DNA of 64,000 nt from the human T2T-CHM13v2.0 reference genome, Homo sapiens (GCF_009914755.1 NC_060941.1); one strand, 5' to 3'. Shown: positions 32,596 to 50,201, counted from the first letter of the stretch. Translations and numbers: made by a program. Notes: generated from the letters alone by a model not told the origin.

Positions 32596-32890
32596 GCAAA
32601 TTCTTATCCTCTACACTGTTAGAAAAAAATATTTCAGTGAAGCTTCCAAAGTGTGGAAATTGCTGTTGTCATCCACCAGAAGAGAAAAGTCACTGCCCTT
32701 GGTGACATAATTGAGACTGCGTGTAACAATGTATGATATGATCAGGTCATTTCCTGCCTTAAATGAATACTTTAGGTTACCAGAGCCATGTGTAAATACC
32801 AAAGAAACGACATACTCTGAAAGTGACCAAGCAAACTCAAGCATCTAGATAGTAAAACTGTTTTTGTGGTCCTCTTTTTATTAAAAAAAA

Positions 32891-33051
32891 GAGGAGGAGG
32901 AGGAGGAGGAGGAGGAGGAGGGGGAGGAGGAGGAGGGGGAGGAGGAGGAGGAGGAGGGGGAGGAGGAGGGGAGGAGGAGGGGAGGAGGAGGAGGGGAGGA
33001 GGAGGAGGAGGGGAGGAGGAGGAGGAGGAGGAGGGGGAGGAGGAGGAGGAG
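32891..33051. repeat. (GGA)n imperfect microsatellite, ~160 bp
   Basis: Direct read; G-for-A interruptions only. Confidence 0.97.
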
Positions 33052-33593
33052 AAGATAAAAGCAGCATGTTTATGTAAATTTAAATTGTAACAGATAATTA
33101 TAAGTAATCACAAATTTCATCAAAACCACATTTTAAAAGTTATACTAGAAAAATGTTTTTCCTGAGATGACTTCTCCTTAGTCACAGTGAAACCAATGAT
33201 GGGCACACAGGGACCTATATTTGCCAAAGCAATCATTCTGACTTCTGCTATAGGTGTTCCAAGAGACTCCTGCTACAGAACAGCTAAAGTGTAGGAAAAA
33301 ACACCATTTGAAACACTGCTAGTCTCAAAAGAGGCAAGGGAAAGTTCCAAGAATTCTCCTCAAATTTTAAAAAAAAGGGAGTTCGGGGGACTGAGTAAAG
33401 ATGGTACCTGAGTGGCAGGTAGGCAGAAGGGCAGGCCAGCAGCAAGACTGGGATAGGAAACCTGAAGCTTCCTCCCCAAGCTGAGAACTCAGGGAGTTCA
33501 GCCTCCCAAATTCAGCCTCCCAAAGTGCTGGGATTATAGGCATGAGCCACTGCACCGGCCCCAAATAGATTTTTAATGGTTTAGAAATGAAAA

Positions 33594-33912
33594 ACAGGAG
33601 CTGGAGGACATTATCCTTAGCAAACTAAAGCAGGAACAGAAAACCAAATATTGCATGTTCTCACTTATAAGTAGGAGCTAAATGATGGGAACACATGGAC
33701 ACATGGAGAGGAACAACAGGTACTATGGCCTATCAGAGGGTGGAAGGTGGAAGAAGGGAGAGGATCAGCAAAAATAACGAATGGGTACTAGGCTTAGTAT
33801 CTGGGTGACAGAATCATCTGTACAACAAACCCTCATGACACAAGTTTACCTATAACAAACCTGCACATGTACCCCTGAACCTAAAAGTTAAAAAAAAAAT
33901 TAAAATAAAAAA
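33594..33912 (+). mobile_element. L1 (L1PA/PB-like) 3' end
   Basis: gaacagaaaaccaaatattgcatgttctcacttataag...aacctgcacatgtacccctgaacctaaa + A tail. Confidence 0.88.
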
Positions 33913-34914
33913 TGAACAATTCTACTGATAAAATGTAGAATTTCATTTCATGTCATTTTATTTAGAATTTTATAAATCTACAGTCATACACGGGAGAGTG
34001 CTAAAGCACTGATTAAAAGAGCAAAACACTAGAAATAATCTTTATGTCTCACTGGGAGCTGGTTAAAGAAAAATGGAATGTTATACAGTCATACAAAGTA
34101 ACACAGATCTGTATTTCAAGACTACAGTCACTCAGTATGCAATATAACAAATAACAAGGCATTAACCATTGTTTTAAAGAGAAATGCAAAACATGATGAA
34201 ATGAGATTTCTTGGATAAATCTAGGTATCCTGGATATCTTTAAATAAAGTTTGTTTTAAAGAGTCTGACTTTGCAATTTTATAAATATCTTCGAATAGTG
34301 ATATTGTAATAGAAACTAAATATTTATAGTATACTTTCATAAAAGATCTTCCATACAAAAGGCATATTTGCTAAAGGATCCTCCAAAACAAAAGATGTAA
34401 GTTTTTAAGGTAATTTGGGGGATACAGAATAAGAAAAATAATCCCAAGTGTTATTTCATAAAATCATCATTCAAAATACATGTCAATACTCAACATGAGA
34501 TATTCTTAAAGCTTCGCAGAAATCCTTTACTCACTAATAAAAAACTGACATGTTTCCTCTGGAATAAGAGCCTGTTACCAACAGTGGTGCTGAAATCTGT
34601 CTCAATTTCAATTTCTGTTGCCAGCTTACATACTATTCTTTCAACATGTAACTCAAGGTCAACTTTCTCACTATTGTAAATCATTTAGTTAAAAAAAATG
34701 ATCATTGTTATTCTATACATTTCCTACAAGTAATTTCTAATTAATTTAAAGAAAAGCTTATTATTGACCTTCAACTAGATAAACAGAATCCAAAAAGCTT
34801 TTTACAATTTATATAATAAAACTGATTTTGAAAAGTTAGGCCCTTGGATTTTTTTTTTCTTTTTTTAGTAAGCTTAAAAAAAAAAAAGTAAAATTTCCTC
34901 CCCACTACTTTTTA

Positions 34915-35210
34915 TCTATTTATTTTTTTAGAGATGGGGTCTTGCTCTGTTGCCGAGGCTGGAGTGCCACGGTGCGATCTCGGCTCACCACAACCTCCAC
35001 CTCCCAGGTTCAAGCAATTCTTCTTCTTCAGCCTCCTGAGTAGCTGGGATTACAGGCACATGCCACCATGCCTGGCTAATTTTGTATTTTTAGTAGAGAC
35101 GGGTTTTCACCATGTTGGCCAGGCTGGTCTCAAATTCCTGACTTCAAGTGATCCTCCTGCCTCAGCCTCCCAAAGTGCTGGGATTACAGGTGTGAGCCAC
35201 CGAGCCCGGC
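34915..35210 (-). mobile_element. AluS with 15-bp TSD ccccactacttttta (34900-34914 / 35211-35225)
   Basis: Direct read. Confidence 0.93.
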
Positions 35211-35681
35211 CCCCACTACTTTTTAAAAACTAACAGCTTATATTGTCAAGACATGGAAATGGCAACCTTGATAAAGTAATGAGTAATAGCACATTCCCTT
35301 GGTTGCCACCCTCAAAGAATTCTGAGCTCTATAACACAAAGTAAGACATTTTCATAATCACAGTTTTATTTATAAATAGAGAGTATCAAAGCAACCCAAG
35401 ACTAGCTAGTCACATCTGTTTTTTATTCAAATACACAATAGAGTCCTGAGCATAAGCTTTAGGCAGGAAAAAAAAACAACCTTCTGTGGGTTGTTCTGGG
35501 GGTTTGTTTTGGAGGAGGGGCGCTGCTGTGCTTAACATAAAATATCCACATCCTACAAATCCTTTGTATGTGCAACATACAAAGTTGATTTAGAATTTAA
35601 TTTAGAATTCAAGCTTTTTTCCAGTTGTAACTGGACTACTTGGTACTTTGCATCTGTTCATTAAAAAATAACTCAAAATAG

Positions 35682-36762
<1,081 letters not shown>

Positions 36763-36799
36763 CGAATTTTCTTTCTCTTTTTTTGAAATGGGGTCTTGC

Positions 36800-37372
36800 C
36801 CCAGCCATCCCATTACTGGGTATATACCCAAACGATTATAAATCATGCTGCTATAAAGACACATGCACACGTATGTTTATTACGGCACTATTCACAATAG
36901 CAAAGACTTGGAATCCACCCAAATGTCCATCAATGATAGACTGGATTAAGGGCACATATACACCATGGAATACTATGCAGCCATAAAAAAGGATGAGTTC
37001 ATGTCCTTTGTAGGGACATGGATGAAGCTGGAAACCATCATTCTCAGCCAACTATCGCAAGGCCAAAAAAACAAACACTGCATGTTCTCACTCATAGGTG
37101 GGAATTGAACAATGAGAACACTTGGACACAAGAAGGGGAACATCACACACCAGGGCCTGTTGTGGGGTGGGGGGAAGGGGGAGGGATAGCATTAGGATAT
37201 ATACCTAATGTAAATGACAAGTTAATGGGTGCAGCACACCAACATGGCACATGTATACATATGTAACAAACCTGCACGTTGTGAACATATACCCTAGAAC
37301 TTAAAGTATAATAAAATAAATAAATAAATAAATAAATAAAACACTAAAAAAAAAAAAAGAGAGAGAGAGAGA
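36800..37372 (+). mobile_element. 5'-truncated L1PA 3' end inserted into an AluJ(-)
   Basis: L1 ORF2 C-terminus (ORF 36783..36986), 3'UTR G-tract, A tail; TSD gaaatggggtcttgc 36785-36799 / 37373-37387. Confidence 0.95.
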
Positions 37373-38002
37373 GAAATGGGGTCTTGCTCTGTCATCCAGG
37401 CTGGAGTGCTGTAGCACGACCAAGGCTCACTGCAGCTTCAACCTCCATGGCTCAAGCAATCCTCTTGCCTCAGCCTCCCAAGCAACTGGGACCACAACAG
37501 ATGTGCTCTACCACATACAGCTGATTTTTAATCTTTGGTAGAGACCAGGTCTATGTGGCTCAGACTGGTTTCAAACTCCTGGGGCTCAAGTGATCCTCAT
37601 GCCTCAGCCTCCCAAAGTGTTGGGAATACAGGTAAGAGCCACCTGCTTGGTGCCCTAGGACAAATTTCAAACTCCTAAAAGATCCATGTTTTCATTCCAC
37701 TTTTTTTTTTTTTTTTTTTTTTGAGACAGAGTCTCGCTCTGTGGCCAGGCTGGAGTGCAGTGGCGTGATCTCAGCTCACTGCAAACCTCCACCTCCCTGG
37801 GTTCAAGCGATTCCCTGCCTCAGCCACCCGAGTAGCTGGGATTACAGGCACGCGCCACCACGCCCAGCTCATTTTTGTATTTTTAGTAGAGATGGGGTTT
37901 CACCATGTTGGCCAGGATGGTTTCGATCTCTTGACCTCATGATCTGCCCACCTTGGCCTCCCAAAGTGCTGGGATTACAGGCATGAGCTACCATGCCCTG
38001 CC
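37373..38002 (-). mobile_element. AluJ remainder ~37373-37655 and AluSc-like ~37701-38002
   Basis: Alu consensus. Confidence 0.9.
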
Positions 38003-38250
38003 TATTCCACTTTTTTTTAAGGGGAAGCAGGGGAGGGTGGCTAGGAACTGGTGAGGGAGGGGAGAACTGAGGTGGGATTGCAGAGCAGTAGGCAGGACTT
38101 TCTACTAAACGTTAAAACTGAAGTAACTATCAGAAGAGTCAAACTTTTACATAAACTATTTTTAAAAGGTAAAAATTTCTTAAAAATCAAAGAAATCCTA
38201 GGTGAAATGGCTCTTTGATGGTCTAAAGAGTGCTTAAAATACGTTCTTAC

Positions 38251-38335
38251 CTGGGCACTCTTGGATCATGCCATGTGCTCACACCAGTCTGTGTATGTAA
38301 GAAATACACCTGGCCTTGTTGCGTTGTCCTCTGTT
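38251..38335 (-). CDS. SMURF2: SMURF2 exon 9, WW2 (QRTTQQGQVYFLHTQTGVSTWHDPRVP)
   Basis: 85 nt; tacag|AAC ... CCAG|gtaaga. Confidence 0.97.
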
Positions 38336-39429
38336 CTGTAAAATTAATAAACACTGATAACAAAAACATTCAGAGTGTCCAGATCAAAGACAGTTATATA
38401 CACTAAGATGATATACTAATAGGGAAAAATCTCCAAATTACCAATCTATTTTATTTATTATCAAAAAAGGGCTTTACAAATCATTTGTTCTGTCTCTTGG
38501 AAACAATTTTACAAATGATGAGGGCCACAGGCCAGCTATCCATAAACAAACTAAACTTATAACGTGGCTTAAATACTAAATATGTTGCAATGGAAAACAA
38601 ATCAAGATTGTCACAATACTAATAACTAAAAAATTTTAAATGATGTATAAAAGGCTCTGAGAAAGAGGCTGGCCAACATTGGGAAGATTTGAGGAGGAAC
38701 TTCCAGAAATTTTCAAAGAGTCTGGAGGTTGATAATGCTTATTATGCCTAATTTTATACCAAAACTTATGTTTTCTCTTTGCTAGACAAAGGTATATTCT
38801 CAAGATTACATTTGAGCTCAAAGAGAAGCAAAACAGATGAGATACTGGGGAGACATTCTATGTCATAAACAGATAGAGATGGAAAAATAGCCAAATTAGA
38901 AAGAAGAGGACTAAAGAGCAAGCACGCACACTGGGGAGAAAAAAGTCAAGGACAAAATGAACTCAAAATCCTTGGGAAGACAGAGGAAAGGCCAGGGTGA
39001 AGAGAACAATCTCTAAAAGGGTTTCTTTATGGTGGGTTTTGTTTTGTCTTTTTTTTTTAGAACAACAGAACCACTTTTCTTTAGACAAAATCCAGTGAGA
39101 AACTTCAATACATAAAAAACTATTACTAATATTTATTAGTATAAATCTAATTTGTTTATAAACGTATAATGTCAATAAATTTAAACTTTAAACTTTCACA
39201 GATTATAAACAAAATCATATTACTATAGAGGACAGCTGTAATAACTTCAGCCTTGGTATCCACTTTATTTTTATGTTTTGGTTGTACAGTTTTTAAAATT
39301 CAAATCACAGAAATATTGTAGAAGTATAACCACTCCCACTCTAAAGAGCTTGCCTTATAATCTCAAAGAGAAATGGCAGGAGAGTATTTCTTCTCAGGTC
39401 TGAACACTGATAATGACAGTTAAAATTTA

Positions 39430-39650
39430 CTATGCCAGACACTGTGCCAGCATTTCACATGAAATTAGATATCACTGATTTCTTGCAACAAACCTAGATG
39501 GTTGGTGCTGTTATTTTCCTCTATAGAGGATAAAATTGAGGCTCAAAGAGGTTAAATAATGTGCTCGGTGTTACATGGCAAAGCCAGGATACGAACCTAG
39601 GTCCTAAGTCTGTCTGTCACTCAAGCCTATAATTTAATGATTGTGCTAAA
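39430..39650 (-). mobile_element. MIR
   Basis: tgaggctcaaagaggttaaataa. Confidence 0.65.
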
Positions 39651-40547
39651 AGTTAACCTTTGAGTCATAGCACAGTTAATGGACAAGTTTTTTCAAATTA
39701 AAGAGCTAAAATACATTTAAAACTAAAATAAGAATCATGCATTTGCAGAAGAGTTTTAAAATATATTCTTGAGTAAAATAAAACTTAGATGTGGCAATTC
39801 CCAGTGTTGGTCATTAGATGTCAACATCAATCCAAAGTGGTTTATCTATAGTCTGTTAAGAGGGCAAAGATGTAAGTAACCTTGGTGAGCTTTTGGCAAG
39901 AAGAGGAAGTCAAGTTCAGACTATATACAAGGATTCACAAGATGGTATTAAATTAGAAACTTCCGTATTCTATTAGGAGAAGACTCATGTTATCTTCCAC
40001 ATGAAACTTTATAATCTAGGATTTTATATAAGATTGTAATCATTTTATACAAACATAGAAGTGACTCAGTCATTTACAACAATCCAATCAGATAATCCAA
40101 AATTACAGACAATACAAATATATGATCAGAAATATGCCTTTAAAATTATTTCTAAATATATATGTCTAAAAAATTATGTCATAGGTTGAACTTCAGATTA
40201 CCGTTATCAGTAACAATACCATCTTACCTTTCTATACAGTGCCTATTTACAAAACAGTCTCACTTCATTTCGTATGCTTCTCACACTACCTTTGTTATAA
40301 ACTAGTCATCTCACTTCATTATAGAAGAGCACAAACGCTGAGGCTGAATGATGAGCACAAGGTCAAACTGTTGGTTAGGTAGTCATCTACCACTTCAAAG
40401 ACTTTTCAAAGTTGGGAGGTTTTATATTTATTTTCATGCAGAATCCCTAAGCTCAGATTAATAACTTTTTCAAAATATATTTTCTGACTTCCTCAGCAAA
40501 CTGAAATCAGTAAACCACATTTTATTTTTCCTTTGTAGTTGTCATAC

Positions 40548-40750
40548 CATAGCCTTCTGGTAGGTCTGGAGGAGTATGTAAATGTGTTCTGCTCATGTAA
40601 TTTCTATGTCGTTGTGACCTGACTCTCCTCTCTGCCAGCCTGGGATCTGAAGACTGTCCACATGTTGCACCATTTGTTCCACTAATTGGAGTGTTCTCAT
40701 CAACAAAGCAGCTAAGAGGTCTGCCAGGGCTAGAATATTCGGATGCCGGT
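40548..40750 (-). CDS. SMURF2: SMURF2 exon 8, WW1-WW2 linker (PASEYSSPGR...TPPDLPEGY)
   Basis: 203 nt; aatag|ACC ... TATG|gtatga; matches ORF 40522..40767. Confidence 0.97.
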
Positions 40751-40929
40751 CTATTGAAAATTAACAAGGAAAAGATGTTATCAATTTAGATATCAAAAGT
40801 AGAGTTCTCTAGACAATATATATATACTGCAGTAACAACCACTTATCATGTCTGAAAACAGAATGACTAATACAAGTATAATGACTTCAAGAACTCTGAG
40901 TAAAAGCAAACCTGAAGTCTCTAAGCACC

Positions 40930-41320
40930 AAAGAAATGCAAATGATAAGCATGTCATCAACTATGTATTTAAATGACTTTAATGACATTTGATATAAAAT
41001 CCATACGTATCTGTGGATGTGAGACTGGCTTACAAAACACTGCTTGATCTAGCTATAGCCTCTCCCTCAGACCTGACTTCCCACCATTCTCCCTCCCACT
41101 CTGCTTCAGCCACACTCATATTCTTCCTGTTCCTTGAACTTGCCAAGGTCATTCCACCTGAGAGCAGTTGCTCTTCCTTCCATCTGGCATATTCTTTTCT
41201 CCTACTCTCCCTAGGCCTGGCTCTTTTTTGTCATTCAAATCAGTTTATTATTGCCTCCTAAGAGGTCCCTCAGACCTCCCAATCTAAAAAAGTCACCCAG
41301 TCATTTGACAATACATCACA
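40930..41320 (-). mobile_element. L2 fragment
   Basis: ctgcttcagccacact...ctgttccttgaac pyrimidine-rich L2 3' pattern. Confidence 0.65.
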
Positions 41321-41421
41321 AAAGGAAAGAAGACAGTTTGTCTCTTTAAGGGGCTTCCAGTCTACTATTGCAGATCTTTCAAAATAAAAAAATAATCAAG
41401 AGTTCATTCTTAAATTAACAT

Positions 41422-42977
<1,556 letters not shown>

Positions 42978-43219
42978 CTCATTCAATAAATATTTATTGA
43001 GTACCACTGCAGGCCCTGGAGCTACAATGACAGCATGACCTGTCAAACAAACTGTTGAAGATCACTTTTAAAAAATAACAATGGCACCTGTTATAAGATC
43101 TACTGATCTACGACAGCAAAAACCAAGAAAAAAAATCTAGTAAAGCTGACAGATAAATAGAAAAGGACTTCAGGAGGGTGGCTGGCATAGATCATGAGAA
43201 AATATTTGTATGTTCTTAC

Positions 43220-43303
43220 CGTGTTGGGCGCTCCCATTGCGTAGTTCTTGTTATATGGTTTAGATACTGGATTCTTCCAGAGGCGGTTCTCCTTTCTTCC
43301 CAG
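43220..43303 (-). CDS. SMURF2: SMURF2 exon 7, WW1 core (WEERRTASGRIQYLNHITRTTQWERPT)
   Basis: 84 nt; ttaag|CTG ... CACG|gtaaga; WW signature. Confidence 0.97.
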
Positions 43304-43644
43304 CTTAAATAAAAATATTGAGTGATAAGGCATTAATAGGAAACTTGGACACAGTGCAACAAGCAAGCCAGTAAGACATCTGCTGTTACAAATCGGGAAT
43401 GCCAACCCGAAGTATCAATTCACAGAATATATAATTTTTTCAACTTATTTTAGAACTCTGTAATATATTTTATGGGATTCTGAAGCTTCTAAAGTATTTA
43501 TGCTGAGGTGTAACAAATATTTTCCATCAGCCAAACTCTGAGAATTTTTAATAATGTCAACAATACACAATTAAATTCATACTAATTACTCCAGAATATG
43601 GAAAATGGCTATACTAAGAATATATTTAACCATAAAATCACGAG

Positions 43645-44415
<771 letters not shown>

Positions 44416-44999
44416 AAGACTGCTACTTTCTATCAACTCTTTACCATAATTAATTTAATGAAAAAGAGCCAAATGACTACAGAAATGTGATAATGTTAAT
44501 ATTTCTACAAAGATACTGGCAGAGGTTGAAGGGCTCTAAAAGACAGAAAATAAAGAGATGCTAGGGTATTTTCCCTCCTGTGATTACAATTATAGTACAA
44601 TAATGTAGGGCAAGTTTAGAACAATAAGCCTTATTACTGCTGGCACTCTCTCAATATTGATTAGTTATTTCATCCTAAATTTCCTTTTCAAAAATACCAT
44701 AATCTACCTCATATCTATAAAAGAGCTAACAGACATATCTAGAAGCTAAAGTGACCTACGAACAGTTAATTATAGTGATTTTTAACAGTTTAAAAAATGA
44801 GTAAATACCATAACCTGGGTATAAAATTTTGTATAAAAAATAATTGGAGTTAAAATTTAACCATTTATATACTTCAATGGATGCAATTTATTACATGTAA
44901 GTTATATCTCATCGAAGTTAGTTAAAAATACTTTGAATGTTAAAAATAAAATCAGAAAAGAGTTAGAACTAGTATCAAAGAGACCAGTCATAAAAATCA

Positions 45000-45450
45000 T
45001 GACTTTAGAATCAAGACAGGTTTGTGTGTTTTGGCTCTGCCATTTATTATGTGGCCTTAGGCAAATAACTTCTCTCTTAGTTTTTGAGGGTAACAATAAT
45101 AGTAGCAATAGAAATAATAGTAGCTAATTATTTACTAAGCGCTTATTTTATGCAAGACACTGTGCTAAAGTGCCTTACCTGAATTATTTCATTTGATCCT
45201 CTCAACAGTTTATGAGTATGCTATTATCACTCATACTCTTTTGTAAATAAATATAAACCAAAGCATATGGAAGTTAAATAAATTAAGGTCATAAAGCCAA
45301 TACACAGAATAGTAAGGATTAGAACTCAGGTGGTCTGATTTCAGAAGCATGGCTATATACTGCCTTCCAAGATGCTATGAGAATTAAATGATATGTACAT
45401 AAAGTGCTTATAACAGTATCTGCCATATACATGCTCAATGAAATCTTACT
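45000..45450. mobile_element. Nested MIRs (+ split by -)
   Basis: ggctctgccattta...ccttaggcaa; actgtgctaaagtg; aaagtgcttataacagt. Confidence 0.6.
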
Positions 45451-45844
45451 ATGTTATTTTAATTACTATTACACAAATTATCCATCCCATCCCTCTTAAA
45501 TATAGCAATGTTTCTAATTTAGCACTTGCATGGCCTGTTTTGAATAATTTAATCAAGCAACATTTTTTTAACTAGATAATATTTACAAGAGAGTTATATT
45601 TGTCAAGAAATTTCATTTGTCTCCTAGTCAAAACTCTTAATAACCAAATTTAACACATCTAATTTGTGGCTTATTTTATAAATTTGTCGAGACAAGATCT
45701 TCCATTAATTTTACAATTAGAAGGAAAATCTACATTCAATATACGATAAACACCATTTAATATACAATAAACACCCACTTATTTCTATTCTTTTAAGGAT
45801 ATTATCTATATATTTCTCTAATGATTTCAGTGATGTTAGCTTAC

Positions 45845-45929
45845 CCGTCTGGTAAATCGTTATCAAATAAACGACTGCAGTCCACAACTTGTCCTCCTGT
45901 GCCTATTCGGTCTCTGGACTGAAGACTTA
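45845..45929 (-). CDS. SMURF2: SMURF2 exon 6 (SLQSRDRIGTGGQVVDCSRLFDNDLPDG)
   Basis: 85 nt; aatag|TAA ... ACGG|gtaagc. Confidence 0.97.
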
Positions 45930-46226
45930 CTATTAAATGACAGAAATATTACTAAGATTCATACAACTAGAAAGAACTATTATAATCTAAAATTTCTATC
46001 TTCAGAAGACATCTGACTTAGCTTATTTTAATACTTTAGAATGAACTCTTTGGTTTCTACTAAAATTTATAATTTCTTTTCCCATAGATTTTTCCCTTTA
46101 GGAGTAATATTAGAATTCTAAGGTTTTCTACACTTTATTACGTTCATGGAAGAAGCCTAATTCCTTTTTCACCATAGTAATGGTGCATAGCAGAGTCACT
46201 ACTGTACTTAATTAAGAAGAGGCATA

Positions 46227-47035
<809 letters not shown>

Positions 47036-48361
47036 TTAACAGGACACCATTATCCAGTGTAGTATAAAACCACCACAAAGAACGAAGAAGGAAGAGATGT
47101 GAATTCTAGAGCAGGCTCTAGTAACTAGTTTAGCACTGTAACCTTGAACAAAACACTTAATATACTTAAGGTGTAGATAATCCCTGTCTGAATAATGAAA
47201 AAGTTACGTTAAATTATATCTCTGAAGTCCTTCTTTGCCACTCCAGTATTGTTTAATTCTAGTTCTGGTAACTCTCCCAAAAGACAGAAGGAGGTGTAGT
47301 CAAACTTGGCTATAAATCCAACTTCTTAAATAATAGGTCAGCACAACAAGTATTACATCTAAGGACCCTTCATTCAAAGAAGGGTCTCAAAATTCTGAAA
47401 TCTTCCAGCTCTGTAAACATTTTGAAAGATCAGTTCAACACAGAGCTCCTTGATATTAAGTCCCATTTAGAGGAGAGAACACTATGAACACCTACTTGGC
47501 AAATGTAAACAAAACATTATATGAAAACTGTACTAGACAACTGTATCAATCAGTTTTTAAATAGATAAAACAAGTGAAATGCGTACCAAAATACAATCAT
47601 AGTAGAAACAATGTATTTTCTCATTAGCATTGTTTAGAATAATAGTAAGATTCAAAGCTAAAGAATTTCATGGGCTTCAATTTACATCTCCAGAATGCTA
47701 TGTTAATAGCACAGCTATTAACTGGTTAAATGAATTACATACCCACCATGGGCTATCACACATTAAAAATGCTACAGATTTTGCAAGCCTTAATGCAAAG
47801 TAGGAAAAAAAAAAACAAGTAACAATGCTATAGAAATGTGTTTATGGTCCAAAAAAAAAAAAAAAAAAGATGTTTATGATAAATTTAAACCAGTTTTTAA
47901 AAATTCAGTATAATCTCCTCTAAAAAAAATCACAAAAAAGGTATACATTCAAGTAATAACAATAACGATACATTAGACTTCCCACGCTCAAACAATCCTC
48001 CCACCTCAGCCTCCCAATGTAGCTGGGGCATAACAGTTTTAAACAAGGAAAAAAGTTTGTACTCCTTGAATCAATTATCTAAATTTGGGAGATTCTTTTC
48101 TAAAAAAGAATACAGCAAAGTGTACAAAAATATTTGCAAGTTTCAATGTTATAATAGCAAAAAAATTTTTTAATTATTAAGTTATGATATATCTATATAC
48201 TTCATCCTTTAAAAATAATTAATTACAAAGATTATAAATACTAAAAATGATTATGGTTAAGTGAAAGAAAGCAAAGTAAAAAGTTAATGTTCACTGGAAT
48301 TAAAGACATATACATTTTATATACATATTTATGTATATAAAAATACTAGAGGGGAATACAG

Positions 48362-48682
48362 TTTTTTTTGTTTGTTTTTTGTTTTTTTGTTTTTTTGAGA
48401 TGGAGTCTCACTCTGTTGCCCAGGCTGGAGTGCAGTGGTGAGATCTTGGCTCACCACAGCCTCCACCTCCTAGGTTAAAGCGATTCTCCTGCCTTAGCCT
48501 CCTGAGTAGCTGGGACTACAGGCACACACCACCATGCCACACCAGCTAATTTTTGTATTTTTTAGTAAAGACAGGGTTTCACCATGCTGGCCAGGCTGGT
48601 TTCGAACTCCTGACCTCGTGATCCACCCACCTTGGCCTCCCAAAGTGCTGGGATTACAGACGTGAGCCACTGTGCCCGGCCC
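48362..48682 (-). mobile_element. AluS with TSD gggaatacagttttt
   Basis: Alu consensus. Confidence 0.92.
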
Positions 48683-49221
48683 GGGAATACAGTTTTTAAA
48701 GTTAGTCTTCTAGTGTCCTTTTCTCCATTTTCCAAAAAGTATATATACCTACTTACAATTATTTGTTAGAGGGCTCATTCTGAACGAACTGGAACTCATT
48801 CTGTTTTTGAATGACAAAACTAAAGAATCATAATGTTTGAGTCCAGCCTGCCTCTCTCTTTATTAATGGTCCTATTATGAACACCAGATTCACATAAGAG
48901 CTTTAAATAAATACATATATACAGGCATACACATATTTAAGAGTAAAACATTTGTTTTCTATGTGGTGTACTCCAGTAGGTATACTTCTAATGTCTAACA
49001 AAGTTTGCTATTTATATAAATGCAAATTCATACCTAGTAAAACTATTGTTACTACTAGACAGTAGTTGGCAAGCATTATGTAACATAACAAATCAAATAC
49101 AGAAGGAACACTTACATGTGAAAGTGTTGTATGACTGAATTTATTTTTGAGTTTTTTTTTTTTTTTGCTCCCTTCTCAATCTAAGAATGACAGGAATTAT
49201 CAGTAATGATGTAGTGTAGAT

Positions 49222-49699
49222 CAGGAATCCCCAACCCCCAGGCCATGGATGGGTGGGGTATTGGTCCAGGGTCTGTTAGGAACCCGGCCGCACAACAGGA
49301 GTGAGTGGCAGGTGAGTGAGCATTACCACCCGAGCTCTGCCTCCTATCAGATCAGTGGCGACATTAGATTCTCATAGGAGCACGAACCCTATTGTGAACC
49401 GCACACACAAGGCCAGCTCCTTATGAGACTCTCATGCCTGATGATCTGTCACTGTCTCCCATCACCCACAGATGGGACCATCTAGTTGCAGGAAAACAAG
49501 CTCAGGGTTCCCACTGATTCTACATGATGGTGAGTTGTAGAATTAGTTCATTATGTATTACAATGTAATAATAATAAAGTGCACAATAAATGTAATGCAC
49601 TTGAATCATCCTGAAACCACCTCCACCCCCAGCCTGGTCTATGGAAAAACTGTATTCCATGAAACCGGTTCCTGGTACCAAAAATGGTGGGGTGCGCTG
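49222..49699 (+). mobile_element. MER1A (hAT-Charlie MITE)
   Basis: cagg..tccccaaccccc...cattagattctcataggag...aaaccggttcctggtaccaaaaa; TSD gtgtagat/gtatagat. Confidence 0.9.
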
Positions 49700-49838
49700 G
49701 TATAGATACTTCCCTGGGATAACCACAATAGGGCTTTGCTATGTGGCTACTCTGATGGTTCTCTAACTATGAACCCAATTCACTGCCTTGTAAAATAAAG
49801 TACCTTCAGTAACTAAAACCTCTCTGATGGGTTCATAA

Positions 49839-50201
<363 letters not shown>

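Noticed and set aside
32837-33090. Poly-Pro/Leu and poly-Gly/Glu ORFs
   Set aside because: Translations of the (GGA)n microsatellite
36783-37266. ORFs resembling L1 ORF2 C-terminus (also 61078-61648)
   Set aside because: 5'-truncated, disrupted L1 remnants
45925-45931. GTAAGT overlapping the exon 6 acceptor (also AG|GT at exons 4 and 18) as recursive splice sites
   Set aside because: The GT is offset by one base from the junction at exon 6, and the other regenerated donors are weak
47364-47386. gacccttc-N7-gaagggtc hairpin
   Set aside because: An 8-bp stem is expected by chance in 64 kb
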